A DNA stretch of 64,000 bases. Source: Octopus vulgaris. Taxonomy: Eukaryota. The stretch covers positions 68,448,001 through 68,512,000 of the forward strand of contig OX597822.1 in the NCBI GenBank assembly GCA_951406725.2. The letters run 5' to 3'. The notes below the pieces were generated by a model. It had not been told where the DNA came from. It did no database searches and saw only the letters and a program-made list of their open reading frames with translations. Both the position numbers and the translations under genes were made by a program. This document shows, piece by piece, positions 12,283-22,295 of the stretch (its first letter is position 1; the number at the start of each line of letters is the position of its first letter).

Positions 12283-15200
12283 TTATTGCTGGATGGAGTC
12301 ATAAGCTTTATAATGATGCTTCTCGTGTTCCTGCATGGAGGTTTCATCATCAAAGCCACGATCACAAAACTGACACTCAAAAGAAGTGGAACCTAATTTT
12401 GATTTTGCAGATGTTGGACTATCATCAATTAGATTGTTGCTGTCTTCTTCTTCTTCTTCTTCTTCTTCAACAACAGGTGAACCTTCACCTGTCTCATTAA
12501 TTTTCAGTTCGTTTTCAGTCGGACTACTCCTACTTTCTATTTTAGTGTTTACACAATCATCATTATTTTGGCTAGTTTCAGAAACTCGACAACCTAATTC
12601 GGCTGCACATTCTTCTGATTTGTTTTCTGTTCTCCCAAGCCTATCTCCTTCTTCTTCTTCTTCTTCTTCTTCGTTATATGTCTGGTCATAATGATGTGTT
12701 GTCATATGTTTCTCCATTTCAGATTCTTTCCTGCAGGTAAACTGGCAGTAACTGCAGGAAGTCGAGTCGTCAATGTCTTCATGTTGAGACTCATGTTGTT
12801 GCAATGTATCCAGGGATGGTGTGGTGAAAGGGCATTGGTCACAGCGAAAGCCATCCTCACACTCGTTCTCGCTACTGTACTTTCTTCTTAAAGAGTTTTC
12901 GTTGTCACACTCCTCATCTTCAGCTGCTTGTTCCAGTGTAGAAGAATCTAACTTGGAAGTAGAACACGACAGATTGGTCACTCCGTTATGAATTTCCATA
13001 TGTTTCTGTAATACCTCCCAGTTATCACTGCTATAGTCACAGTAGTGGCATACACACCGGTCACTAGTTTCATGCATCTTCATGTGAGTCTCCAACAAAT
13101 GCGGAGCATAACAATGATAAGGGCACTTAGGACAGCGCAACCTAGCTTTGAGAGTTCCCTGACTGGTTTTTGGATTCATCTGAACACCATTAGCATCAAC
13201 AGAATTGCACCCTTCGTTTTCAGATAAATGAGTTCTTTCATGCTGTTGCAACAGATTCCACCGACTGACGCTATAAGAACACTGACTACACTTATAGCGA
13301 GCTGGGTTGCGATGTAAACCGAGATGAAGAAAAAAAGAGCTTTTATTATTGCAGGAAAATGGACATATTTTGCACGAGTAACACTTCTTAGTTTTTGGAT
13401 TGATAAGATGACGTGCATCAACATTTTTTAGCTTGTTACAACTTCTCGGATCAGTTGTAGATTGCAAAAGAGCTTCTCTGTTAAGGAATGTCAGTTCATC
13501 TGGATTGGGGTCGAAATCTGGCTCCCTAGAATGAACCTTGCGGTGTTGATTAAGTAGATTTAAACGATTAGCACTCCAATCACAGTAATCACATTTGTAT
13601 TTGCCTTCACAGCCATGCATGCTTGAATGGACGTTATAACTTTTTAAAGAATTAGACATATAGGGACAAAGTTTGCAGTGGTAACGCATAGCTTCTTCAT
13701 TACCTTCAGAACCCATCTCAAGCAATTGGAACTTTTCACTGCCCATTGCTTGCTCATCCAATAAAGACGGGTGTATATTCCTGTCAGTGTTATCTTTTGA
13801 AGATTTTTGGTTCATGTAGGCATTATGTGAAGAGAAAGAGGAGGAAGGTGATGAGTAATCCATGACTGGCATATCTTCGGGAGAAGCCAGCGGTGGATAA
13901 TTCGTTTGTTGTGAATGAAGACGGGAATGTTGAGTCAGCAGGTTAAGCCGATCGACACTGTAATTACAAAAATCACATTTGTACTTTAGGCTGGCATTGT
14001 GGAACTGTGAATGTCTTTGAAATACAACTGCAGTGTTACAACTAAACGGACAAAGACTGCAATGAAAGTTTCGCCTTTTGCTTTCATAGCTTTGATCACC
14101 AGACAAATGTTTTTCTTCATCTTCGAGCATATCACTTTGTTCATCACCATCTCCTTCAGTATTGGCTCTAATCATTAGAGACATTGGGACGGAAGTACTT
14201 TCACCTGAGCTTGGTTTCTTTCTTCTGTTATAATTATCAAATGTTTTTGGAGTCAACAAGTCTTTGTTATAATCAGACGATTCCTTGAGAGTTTTCACAG
14301 AATTCTCATCATAAGGATCAAGTACAACATCTTGGAATTCTTTTTCTTGTTCGCTGGCTTCATCACGATGGAATTTTAAATGCTGCTGCAACAAGTACTT
14401 GCGTGCAGCGCTATAGTTACAGTATTGGCACTTGTAACGACTGTTCACTATGTGTTGTTTACGATGTTTAATGATATTATTCTTGCAGCATGTTCGATAT
14501 GGACAACGTGAACACTTGTACCGCACTCTGCCAGCCATTTTCACTTGCTTTAACATTTGTTGTAGGTTCAATTTACCACGCCGTTCACTGTTGTCATATT
14601 TAGGGTGAAAGTGGTCTCCACCCATCTTTTGTGAATTATTTTTATTATTAGCTTCTTCGTTAGACCTGTAATTTATTTGGGAAGTATTCATACTGCTGAT
14701 ATTATTATTGTTGTTGTTGTTGTTACCGATGCTGTTAATGTTGTTGTTGTTATCATTATTATTGGGATTCTGGTTGCTGTTGTAGTTGCTGGCAGAGTGT
14801 AAAGCAGAATGGTCACAGAAAAGGTTGACATGATCAACACTAAAATTACACTCACTACAGCGATACTGACCTTTATAACCATGAAATTCTTGGTGTTCTT
14901 GCAAAGATTCTTTAGTGGTCGTCTTAAATGGACACTGTAGACAGAGCAGCATATTCTTTGGAGGAATCTTCATAGGTTGATGAGTCTTTGACAGATTTGA
15001 CATGTCACTGCAATCACAATTTAATGGTCTTGCATTCATTGGGTTATCTAATTTATTATTGAATTTCTTGTTTGTTGTATCAGAGAGGTAAGAGGTATAG
15101 CTTAACTCAGGGATTTTCTCTCCATATTTCTTGGTATCTGCGAAACTACTGCCGATATAGTGAGTACGAATATGCGCTGAGGTGTTAGCAACTTTGGAGC

Positions 15201-18200
15201 TGCAAAAAGAACAATTTGGACATCTATACATATACTTTCCATTTGGTCCATTTTCAAGAATAGGTAAAGATGGCGAAATCTCAGGATGTGCACCTTCCAC
15301 AGGTTTGGGAGCTATGGGCCTTAAATGAGATTCGCTACTTCCATCACTTTTCTGAATGTAGGTTGGTGTCGACAGTATCACTCTACTTCCCATCTCTTGT
15401 TTATGAGACCCATTGGGTGAAGTTTTATCTGAGGCAGAGCTGTTCAACGGTGACTGTTTCACATCATGTCCATGACTGCCACGCATGTGTTGATGCAGCA
15501 GATTAAGTCTGTCGATACTGTAATCACAATACAAACAGGTGTGCTTACAGTTGCTGCCGTGCCTTTCCATGTGGCGAGAATACGTATTTGAACTGGCACC
15601 AATGAAAGGACATTTCTGACATTTAAAAGGACCACCAGTCTTTCCAGGGCTCGGATTCTTTTGGGGCTTAGTAAGCTGGGTAGGTAAGACCTTTTTAGGA
15701 GTCTGAATAACTTTGGGTAGAATTGGGTTAAATGCTGAATTCTGACTCACTGCAACGCCATTATAGTTGGGAGGAGGTGGTGGTGGAGGTAGATCATCGT
15801 ACTTTATGTTGTTTTCGTACTCTTGTTGTTGAAGTAAAATTGGATGTACAGATCGGGCATGTTGGTAAAGAGTACTGATGTGAGCAAATGCTGCCTCACA
15901 CCATTCACACTGTAGACGTTTCAAAGACATGTCACGCATTGGAGACATTCCATTTATAAACCTATTTTCTTTCTCTTCCATTTCTCTCTCTTCCCTCTTG
16001 TAGTCATTTGCATCAAGTTTCTTCTCTCTGTTGAGGTCATAATTACCAGAGCTAGAATAATATTCCAAAGAATCATCACACATCAAGTCCATATCTTCGT
16101 TATCTTTATTAGATTGCCAGACATCTGAGAGTTGAGAATAGTGAAGAATTTCATTCAACTTGGATTTATCTGATGTTTCAAACTCTGGATGAAGATAAAG
16201 ATGGTTGATTAATTGTATTTTCTGATGGACACTGAAATCACAGAAGAAGCATTGGAATGCATTGGAACCTTGAGGCTTGTGTCCTTCTTTGTGCACAACT
16301 AAATCCATGTCGTCTAAGCATACATACGGGCATTTACTACAGTGGTATTGTTTGATGGGTCTACGGCAGTTTTTGAGGTGACGAGTTCGAGATGAAACCT
16401 TTGCGGTGTTTGCTACTGGAGGTGGTGCAGCTGGAACTGATGAAGTACTGGTATTCTCGTGAGTTAATTGATGCTGGGAGAAAATAAAGGAATTGTCTGA
16501 AACGAAGTTGCATTTTGAACAACGGTGTTTCATGGTTTCTTTCTCATGTGTCTCTGTATGCTGATCTAGTGCTAGTTTAGAATCAGATTCAAAAAAGCAG
16601 TGATTGCACTTGTAAACTTTGGGCTCCTCTGATACTGATACATCTCCAAATGCCTCAGGACTTGAATGCTTCTGTATATTATCGATTTGGGAACCATTGC
16701 CAGAACCATAATGATTATATGTACGAATGTGTTTTTTAAGGTCACATTTCCAACGAGAGCTATATGTACAAACTTCGCAAACATATGGCTTGTCCTCGGA
16801 ATGTAGGTATGCATGCCGTTTCAGCTCAGCAGGACTATGACCAACAAACTGACATTCTAAGCAATGATATAAACCATTATTTATTAAGTCACGGAAATAG
16901 GGATTTGGTTTTGAAACTGATTCCTTTCTTAAGTCTAAAACCGAGGGTGGCTTAGCTGGTGGGTCAACAACATCAGTCGACACTTTATCTGATATATCAA
17001 TAGTCACAGGAGGCATTTTACCAGGAATAATTGGCTTGAAAGAAAACTGGTTAGCATCTCCATTAATTAAAAGATTACTTTGTGCTTTTGTCATTTTCTC
17101 GTTATCATTTGGTTCTTCTCTTACTGTAACCACAACATTGGGTGGTCCGATCTTCATCTTGCTGTTGTCAATGACATCCTTCACAGTTCCTCCGCCACAT
17201 CGTTTCATGTGTTTCACGACATCCCATTTCCACTTGCTTTTATAGCTACATTCGGGACAACAGAATGGTTTCTCATCTGAATGGTTCTTCATGTGTTGAG
17301 TTATTTCTGATGGCCAACGTGCACGATACTGGCATAATGTGCACTTGTACGGTAACAGAATGTCAGCACAGGATCTGTCTTTCTCACTGGGATTTAAAGA
17401 AGACTGGCGCTTATTGCGATTTGAAGACATACTGATACGCTGTCTTAGAGCGGCATTAACAGCTTTGTGTTGATCTTCAAAAGATAAAAATTGATCTGAA
17501 CAACTTGTCAGGCGATCAACAGTTGACTGGATACTAGAAGTATATAATGATGAACTTTCCAAAGAGTCAGGTTGAGAGATGGATGTTTTGTCTTTCACTA
17601 ATGAATAGACATTGGTGATCTGAAGACCAGTCATACTGTTATCATCAGAGTCTCTTTCGTTGTAGCGAATCCTTTCGGGAAAGTTATTCAAATAAGGTGG
17701 AACAGAGGATGACCTTTCACGAAAGAATAGGGGAGAAGATCTGTTGCTATGTGAAGATCTGGAAAGACGCAAATTGTCGCTTCTTATTTCCAAATCTAAA
17801 TATTTAGAGTGAATTCCTGTCAAGTCAGTTTCAGACAACCTACGTTTCTTTTTGGGAGGCAAAATTATTGAGTCAAGGCTTCGGCTATCTACAAGTGCAT
17901 CGGCTGTTCTAGAAATAGTCGGCTCGGAAATATTAGATCCTAAAATTGTTGCTCTACGTTTATAGGGATTAGTTAGAGTCGAATGACTTTTCTCAAAATG
18001 CTTCACTAAATCCCACTTCCATTTGTAAGTCGAACCACACACCATACATATAAATGGACGTTCTTCAGAATGAGAGACAGCATGTTTTTGCAATTCAGCT
18101 GGCCACTTTGCTACAAAATCACAACGGCTGCACTTCAACTGACGCTGTTCGGTACAATTAAACTCATTCGAAGACAATGGCATGCGTAGTAAATGGTAAG

Positions 18201-19932
18201 TTTGTTGAAGTCCATGTGGAATTTTCTGGATTACATCTCTATGTTCATGTATCTTTTTAACATGGACCTCAGCGAAATGCTTGTTTAGTTCCTCTACACA
18301 ATTGAAATGCTGCTGACATTCCGCACATTTAAATGCCCTTTTATTTAGATGAACTGCCATGTGGGAACTGTAATCGATAAAAGTTTTTGCAACAAACGAA
18401 CACCTTGGACACTGTAAAACTGGAGATGTTTGTTTTCGATCATCTCCACCCTCAGACATGTCCTGTTCATTATCCCATATAGGTTCAGCTTTTATAGACA
18501 TGACTCCTGAGACATTAGCTGAAGGATAGGGTTCTTTTTTAAATGAGAAGTCAATTGGTTCTCGCTGTGTGTTGGATGATAGAGATGTCGGTGTCTTCCT
18601 CGATAAATCAAGTACTCCTTGGTCCGCATTTGCTGGACCAGAAGATTGACCATTTTCTGTTGAGTAGACAGATATGTAAGAGTTAGTGACAAATGGTCCA
18701 ATCATCTTAGGCATAACACAATCACTGACTCCTGATATTTCGTGACACACTCTGCCATCATCAGCGTAACCGTTCGATTGGCCTTCCTTTTTGTAAATGA
18801 GTTTTTCACACGAGTCCTTCCTAATCATTTCATGATTAAGTTTTATATTTCCCAGTTTCACTGGATTGTGAGGAGATGAAATTTGTTTAATACCGTCTAG
18901 TTTCTCATCAGCATGCTTTTCTTTCCAATGTTTGTTTAGAGACTTGCGCCATTTATAAATATTTCCACACTTTGAACAAGAATACTTAATACCAACGTCA
19001 TCCATAACCTCAATATACTTTGCAGGGTCAACTTCTTGACGTGTGCGTTTTGTTTTCTGTTTCTGGGAGTCGTCAATCCCATTTCCGTCTTCCATAACTA
19101 TTTCCATATCTTCATCATCTAATTCATCTTCCATTTCTTCATCTCTTTTTCTGATATCCACTTCAGATGTTATGATAATGTCAGAGGTATCCTGAGTGTT
19201 TTCCCCTGTCAAAGATATTGGCCCCAATACACCTACTGAGCTAGAATTAAACTCAAGGCCAGGAAAGTGAAGCTTACGATGACGAGGAAGTTTCTGTTTG
19301 TATTTAGTTGCATAATCACACACATCACATTCATAAATGGTGAAGTCTTTTCCATGGATATCTTTTTGGTGATGCAAGAAAACTTTTGCACTAGTTGATG
19401 AAAAATCACAAAAAGGGCAGATATACGTTCGGTTTTGGATATTGCCACTTCTTATTGGAGTATGGGAAAAGGAATCATCTTGGTCTTCAGCTATTATTAG
19501 TCGGTCTTCTAGTTCATCGTCCTCAGTATCCCTGTAAATGTGGTCAGAGTTTTCATCGTCCTCTTCTCGGCTCATCTTATAAATGTTGTTGATGTTGTTG
19601 TTGATAAAGAAATCAGGCTTAGAATTCCCAATCTGGGGGCTGCAAGGTTTGGCACTGTTTCTTCGATATGTATTGTTACCAGTGGTGTTGCTGCTGTTAT
19701 TGTTGCTGTCTTTGTTGCTGGATACGGAGTTTTGAATGCAATGAGTATCTTCCGATTCACCGTGGGCAGATAACTGGTGTTGCGAGAACTCTCGAGAATC
19801 TTTGCATGTAAATTTACACTGTTTACAAATGCGGTTGCGTCCTCCCTTTAATGAGTTATCTTCTACAGATAATACTTGAGTTTCAGATTCTTTGTCTTCA
19901 GTAGCTCGACTGTGTTCCTCGATGTCGGCCAT
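12283..19932 (-). CDS. Large multi-C2H2 zinc-finger protein (~2549 aa, 35 fingers in dispersed doublets), probable transcriptional regulator/repressor; whole CDS in one exon
   Basis: Uninterrupted 7.7 kb ORF with 35 Cx2Cx12Hx3-5H/C motifs counted by eye. The track start (GTG 19980) follows an in-frame TGA. The first ATG (19932-19930, MADIEEH) has good Kozak context (AACATGG). Stop TAA is at 12285-12283. Also contains NLS PPKKKRR, VLDLS/PIDFS motifs and poly-N and poly-E tracts. Orthology not recognised. Confidence 0.93.
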   Translation of the reverse strand: MADIEEHSRATEDKESETQVLSVEDNSLKGGRNRICKQCKFTCKDSREFSQHQLSAHGESEDTHCIQNSVSSNKDSNNNSSNTTGNNTYRRNSAKPCSPQIGNSKPDFFINNNINNIYKMSREEDDENSDHIYRDTEDDELEDRLIIAEDQDDSFSHTPIRSGNIQNRTYICPFCDFSSTSAKVFLHHQKDIHGKDFTIYECDVCDYATKYKQKLPRHRKLHFPGLEFNSSSVGVLGPISLTGENTQDTSDIIITSEVDIRKRDEEMEDELDDEDMEIVMEDGNGIDDSQKQKTKRTRQEVDPAKYIEVMDDVGIKYSCSKCGNIYKWRKSLNKHWKEKHADEKLDGIKQISSPHNPVKLGNIKLNHEMIRKDSCEKLIYKKEGQSNGYADDGRVCHEISGVSDCVMPKMIGPFVTNSYISVYSTENGQSSGPANADQGVLDLSRKTPTSLSSNTQREPIDFSFKKEPYPSANVSGVMSIKAEPIWDNEQDMSEGGDDRKQTSPVLQCPRCSFVAKTFIDYSSHMAVHLNKRAFKCAECQQHFNCVEELNKHFAEVHVKKIHEHRDVIQKIPHGLQQTYHLLRMPLSSNEFNCTEQRQLKCSRCDFVAKWPAELQKHAVSHSEERPFICMVCGSTYKWKWDLVKHFEKSHSTLTNPYKRRATILGSNISEPTISRTADALVDSRSLDSIILPPKKKRRLSETDLTGIHSKYLDLEIRSDNLRLSRSSHSNRSSPLFFRERSSSVPPYLNNFPERIRYNERDSDDNSMTGLQITNVYSLVKDKTSISQPDSLESSSLYTSSIQSTVDRLTSCSDQFLSFEDQHKAVNAALRQRISMSSNRNKRQSSLNPSEKDRSCADILLPYKCTLCQYRARWPSEITQHMKNHSDEKPFCCPECSYKSKWKWDVVKHMKRCGGGTVKDVIDNSKMKIGPPNVVVTVREEPNDNEKMTKAQSNLLINGDANQFSFKPIIPGKMPPVTIDISDKVSTDVVDPPAKPPSVLDLRKESVSKPNPYFRDLINNGLYHCLECQFVGHSPAELKRHAYLHSEDKPYVCEVCTYSSRWKCDLKKHIRTYNHYGSGNGSQIDNIQKHSSPEAFGDVSVSEEPKVYKCNHCFFESDSKLALDQHTETHEKETMKHRCSKCNFVSDNSFIFSQHQLTHENTSTSSVPAAPPPVANTAKVSSRTRHLKNCRRPIKQYHCSKCPYVCLDDMDLVVHKEGHKPQGSNAFQCFFCDFSVHQKIQLINHLYLHPEFETSDKSKLNEILHYSQLSDVWQSNKDNEDMDLMCDDSLEYYSSSGNYDLNREKKLDANDYKREEREMEEKENRFINGMSPMRDMSLKRLQCEWCEAAFAHISTLYQHARSVHPILLQQQEYENNIKYDDLPPPPPPPNYNGVAVSQNSAFNPILPKVIQTPKKVLPTQLTKPQKNPSPGKTGGPFKCQKCPFIGASSNTYSRHMERHGSNCKHTCLYCDYSIDRLNLLHQHMRGSHGHDVKQSPLNSSASDKTSPNGSHKQEMGSRVILSTPTYIQKSDGSSESHLRPIAPKPVEGAHPEISPSLPILENGPNGKYMYRCPNCSFCSSKVANTSAHIRTHYIGSSFADTKKYGEKIPELSYTSYLSDTTNKKFNNKLDNPMNARPLNCDCSDMSNLSKTHQPMKIPPKNMLLCLQCPFKTTTKESLQEHQEFHGYKGQYRCSECNFSVDHVNLFCDHSALHSASNYNSNQNPNNNDNNNNINSIGNNNNNNNNISSMNTSQINYRSNEEANNKNNSQKMGGDHFHPKYDNSERRGKLNLQQMLKQVKMAGRVRYKCSRCPYRTCCKNNIIKHRKQHIVNSRYKCQYCNYSAARKYLLQQHLKFHRDEASEQEKEFQDVVLDPYDENSVKTLKESSDYNKDLLTPKTFDNYNRRKKPSSGESTSVPMSLMIRANTEGDGDEQSDMLEDEEKHLSGDQSYESKRRNFHCSLCPFSCNTAVVFQRHSQFHNASLKYKCDFCNYSVDRLNLLTQHSRLHSQQTNYPPLASPEDMPVMDYSSPSSSFSSHNAYMNQKSSKDNTDRNIHPSLLDEQAMGSEKFQLLEMGSEGNEEAMRYHCKLCPYMSNSLKSYNVHSSMHGCEGKYKCDYCDWSANRLNLLNQHRKVHSREPDFDPNPDELTFLNREALLQSTTDPRSCNKLKNVDARHLINPKTKKCYSCKICPFSCNNKSSFFLHLGLHRNPARYKCSQCSYSVSRWNLLQQHERTHLSENEGCNSVDANGVQMNPKTSQGTLKARLRCPKCPYHCYAPHLLETHMKMHETSDRCVCHYCDYSSDNWEVLQKHMEIHNGVTNLSCSTSKLDSSTLEQAAEDEECDNENSLRRKYSSENECEDGFRCDQCPFTTPSLDTLQQHESQHEDIDDSTSCSYCQFTCRKESEMEKHMTTHHYDQTYNEEEEEEEEGDRLGRTENKSEECAAELGCRVSETSQNNDDCVNTKIESRSSPTENELKINETGEGSPVVEEEEEEEEDSNNLIDDSPTSAKSKLGSTSFECQFCDRGFDDETSMQEHEKHHYKAYDSIQQ

Positions 19933-19987
19933 GTTGCACAGTGCAGGCTCTGCAGTACGACAGCACTGCCAGATGCACACAATTCAT
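19898..19987 (-). other. Out-of-frame upstream ORF (29 codons) overlapping the main start codon
   Basis: ATG at 19987 reads MNCVHLAVLSYCRACTVQHGRHRGTQSSY and ends at TGA 19900-19898, past the main ATG at 19932. Confidence 0.5.
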
Positions 19988-19991
19988 ATAT

Positions 19992-20020
19992 CTGAAATAG
20001 AAGAAACGACAATTAGTTCT
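19992..20020 (-). promoter_or_regulatory. 3' splice acceptor (branch point + polypyrimidine tract + AG) of the zinc-finger exon
   Basis: Minus strand reads agaaCTAATtgtcgtttcttctatttCAG|ATATATGAATTGTG. The exon would start at 19991, 59 nt upstream of the ATG. Confidence 0.75.
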
Positions 20021-20159
20021 CATATACAAAACAATGCCACATGAGAAAATCACTAATTTTACAATTAGTTTGAATTAAAATTAAATAATTAAAAATACAG
20101 TAAGTTTCGTGCAAATTTGACCAAAATGCAATCATCCTCCTTCTCTTTACAAATTTCAT

Positions 20160-20537
20160 ACTTTTTTACATGTTTCAGTCATTTGACTGTGGCCATACTG
20201 GAGCACCGCCCTTAGTCGAGCAAATCAACCCCAGGACTTGTTCTTTGTAAGCCTAGTACTTATTCTGTCGGTCTCTTTTGCCGAACCGCTAAGTTACAGG
20301 GACGTAAACACACCAGCACTGGTTGTCAAGTGATATTGGGGTGACAAACACATACATATATATATATACATATATACGACGGGCTTCTTTCAGCTTCTGT
20401 CTACCAAATCCACTCACAAGGCTTTGGTTGGCCTGAGGCTATAATAGAAGACACTTGCCCAAAGTGCCATGCAGTGGGACTGAACCCGGAACTACATGGT
20501 TGATAAGCAAGCTACTTACCACACAGCCACTCTTGCG
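20160..20537 (-). mobile_element. SINE family A, full length
   Basis: Reverse-complement match to the family; lies 170 bp upstream of the zinc-finger exon acceptor. Confidence 0.88.
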
Positions 20538-20957
20538 TCACCCTAAATAATACTTAAGAAAAAATAGTCATCCATTTCTGAAAGAAAGGTGATACTGATT
20601 CACATCAATACTAGTTACGAGCCTCATATATATTTTATCAGATGAAGCTGATGTCATTTGAACTCAGAACAATAGAAAAGGAAAGTAAATATTTTGACAG
20701 CAGCAGAATTTCCAGTCTATCACATTGTTTTGCATGATATTTTATAAGACATAGAAAGACTACGAATTTATAGATTTAAGTTTATATATATATATATATT
20801 ACACTGACTTGCATGATATCAAATGATCAAGTGCGACAACTTGCATATCATATTATGACAAATGATGGGACATAGCAAAATTACAAACTTATTTATGGGC
20901 TTGTATAATTTTCTATGTATACATAACTACATTATATATATATATATTATATATATA

Positions 20958-21167
20958 ATGTGACCGCGTGTGTACCATTGACAATTTTTTTCCCTCCGTC
21001 TTCCCTTCTCTGGATCTTTGCTTTTCCTATGTTTCTGACGAAGAGCTCCGCTCGAAACGTTAAACCCTCCTTCTTCCCTTCCTTCCTGAGCGTCCAATAA
21101 TACTATATTTGTTCCACGTCCTCGCGTTGTTGTGTTTTCACTTTGTGTTTTCATGTTTGGATTAACT
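20958..21167 (+). mobile_element. Penelope-like pseudo-LTR / retrozyme-like fragment inserted in (TA)n
   Basis: A 210-bp, CpG-retaining segment bounded by (TA)n on both sides. It contains the hammerhead and shares its downstream ttcctgag...taatac stretch with 58885-59010. Confidence 0.6.
21031..21065 (+). ncRNA. Minimal type I hammerhead ribozyme (Penelope/retrozyme type), core intact
   Basis: Reads GTTT CTGACGA A GAGC-TCC-GCTC GAAA C-G TT AAAC. It has the CUGAnGA and GAAA boxes, a 4-bp stem II, a loopless palindromic stem III (ACGT) and stem I GUUU/AAAC. Confidence 0.75.
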
Positions 21168-21602
21168 ATATATATATATTAGGCACATTCTGTCACTAAT
21201 TACTCAGGGCACGGCAGTTGGCGACCTTCATGTAGTAAAGCACGCAAAAAAATAAGCGAAACACAGGTGTGCGACTGAGTCGAAGACAGATTTATTTCTG
21301 CCTTTATAGCACGTAAAGAAAATAGTGTTGTGGGAATGTACGCAGCATGTGTACTACAGCAGGATGATGCGTAGCTTTAATACTGAGTTTGAAAAGCAGG
21401 AATAAATTATGCTTACCTAATCTACAAAACAAAAAGAAAAAAAAAAAAGAGGATATTTTGCATTTTATACCATAACAGGAAATTTTGGCTATTTATCTAT
21501 TTTATTTAAGGTAGGCACTGCCTAACTTCCTTACCTAGGCAGCATGACACTGATACATATATCATCATCATCATTTAAAGTGGACATTAAACGATGATGA
21601 TG

Positions 21603-21606
<4 letters not shown>

Positions 21607-21647
<41 letters not shown>

Positions 21648-21759
21648 ATACATTTACAGAAAGATATACATATATATATATATATACACACATACATACA
21701 TTTACAGAAAGATATACATATATATATATATATACACACATACATACATTTACAGAAAG

Positions 21760-21798
<39 letters not shown>

Positions 21799-21955
21799 CA
21801 CACACACATATATATATACACACACATACATTTACAGAAAGATATACATACATACACATATATACAAATATATACGCATATACATATATATCCAAATATA
21901 TACACATACAAATATATACATATATATCCAAATATATATACATATACAAAAAAAT

Positions 21956-22024
<69 letters not shown>

Positions 22025-22045
22025 TACACACATGTATATACATAT
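21607..22045. repeat. Compound microsatellite with 4 x catacatttacagaaagatatacat units
   Basis: Direct reading; similar atacagatatat units occur at 22540-22700. Confidence 0.85.
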
Positions 22046-22049
22046 ATAA

Positions 22050-22295
22050 AGCCTTTCTTCTTCTTCTCAAGGCTCTTTTCTTTTCTTTTCTGCACTGTTT
22101 TTTCACTCTGATGAAGCTCCATGTTCCAGATGGGATGTGTTATCAAGTATGATGAATAGTATTTTCAGAATTTTCAATGGCAACACCGTGAAACACTGGA
22201 AGCAGCTGTTAGATGGGATAAGGTCTATTTGTATTAAAAAGTAATAATCAAGTCAATTGTCGTCCATCAACATTTCTACATTTTCTGTTTACTTT
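22050..22295 (+). mobile_element. Degenerate hammerhead-bearing fragment between microsatellites
   Basis: cact CTGATGAAG at 22108 is followed ~85 nt later by GAAGCAGCTGTT agatg (palindromic CAGCTG stem III), then ATTAAA. Both flanks are (CA/TA)n. Confidence 0.35.

Noticed and set aside
12386-19773. Short antisense and alternative-frame ORFs overlapping the zinc-finger CDS
   Set aside because: They are shadow ORFs of a long coding exon with no independent features.
19933-19980. ORF-track N-terminus MCIWQCCRTAEPALCN
   Set aside because: It starts at GTG under a bacterial-style rule. In this eukaryotic context the ATG at 19932 with good Kozak context is the plausible start.
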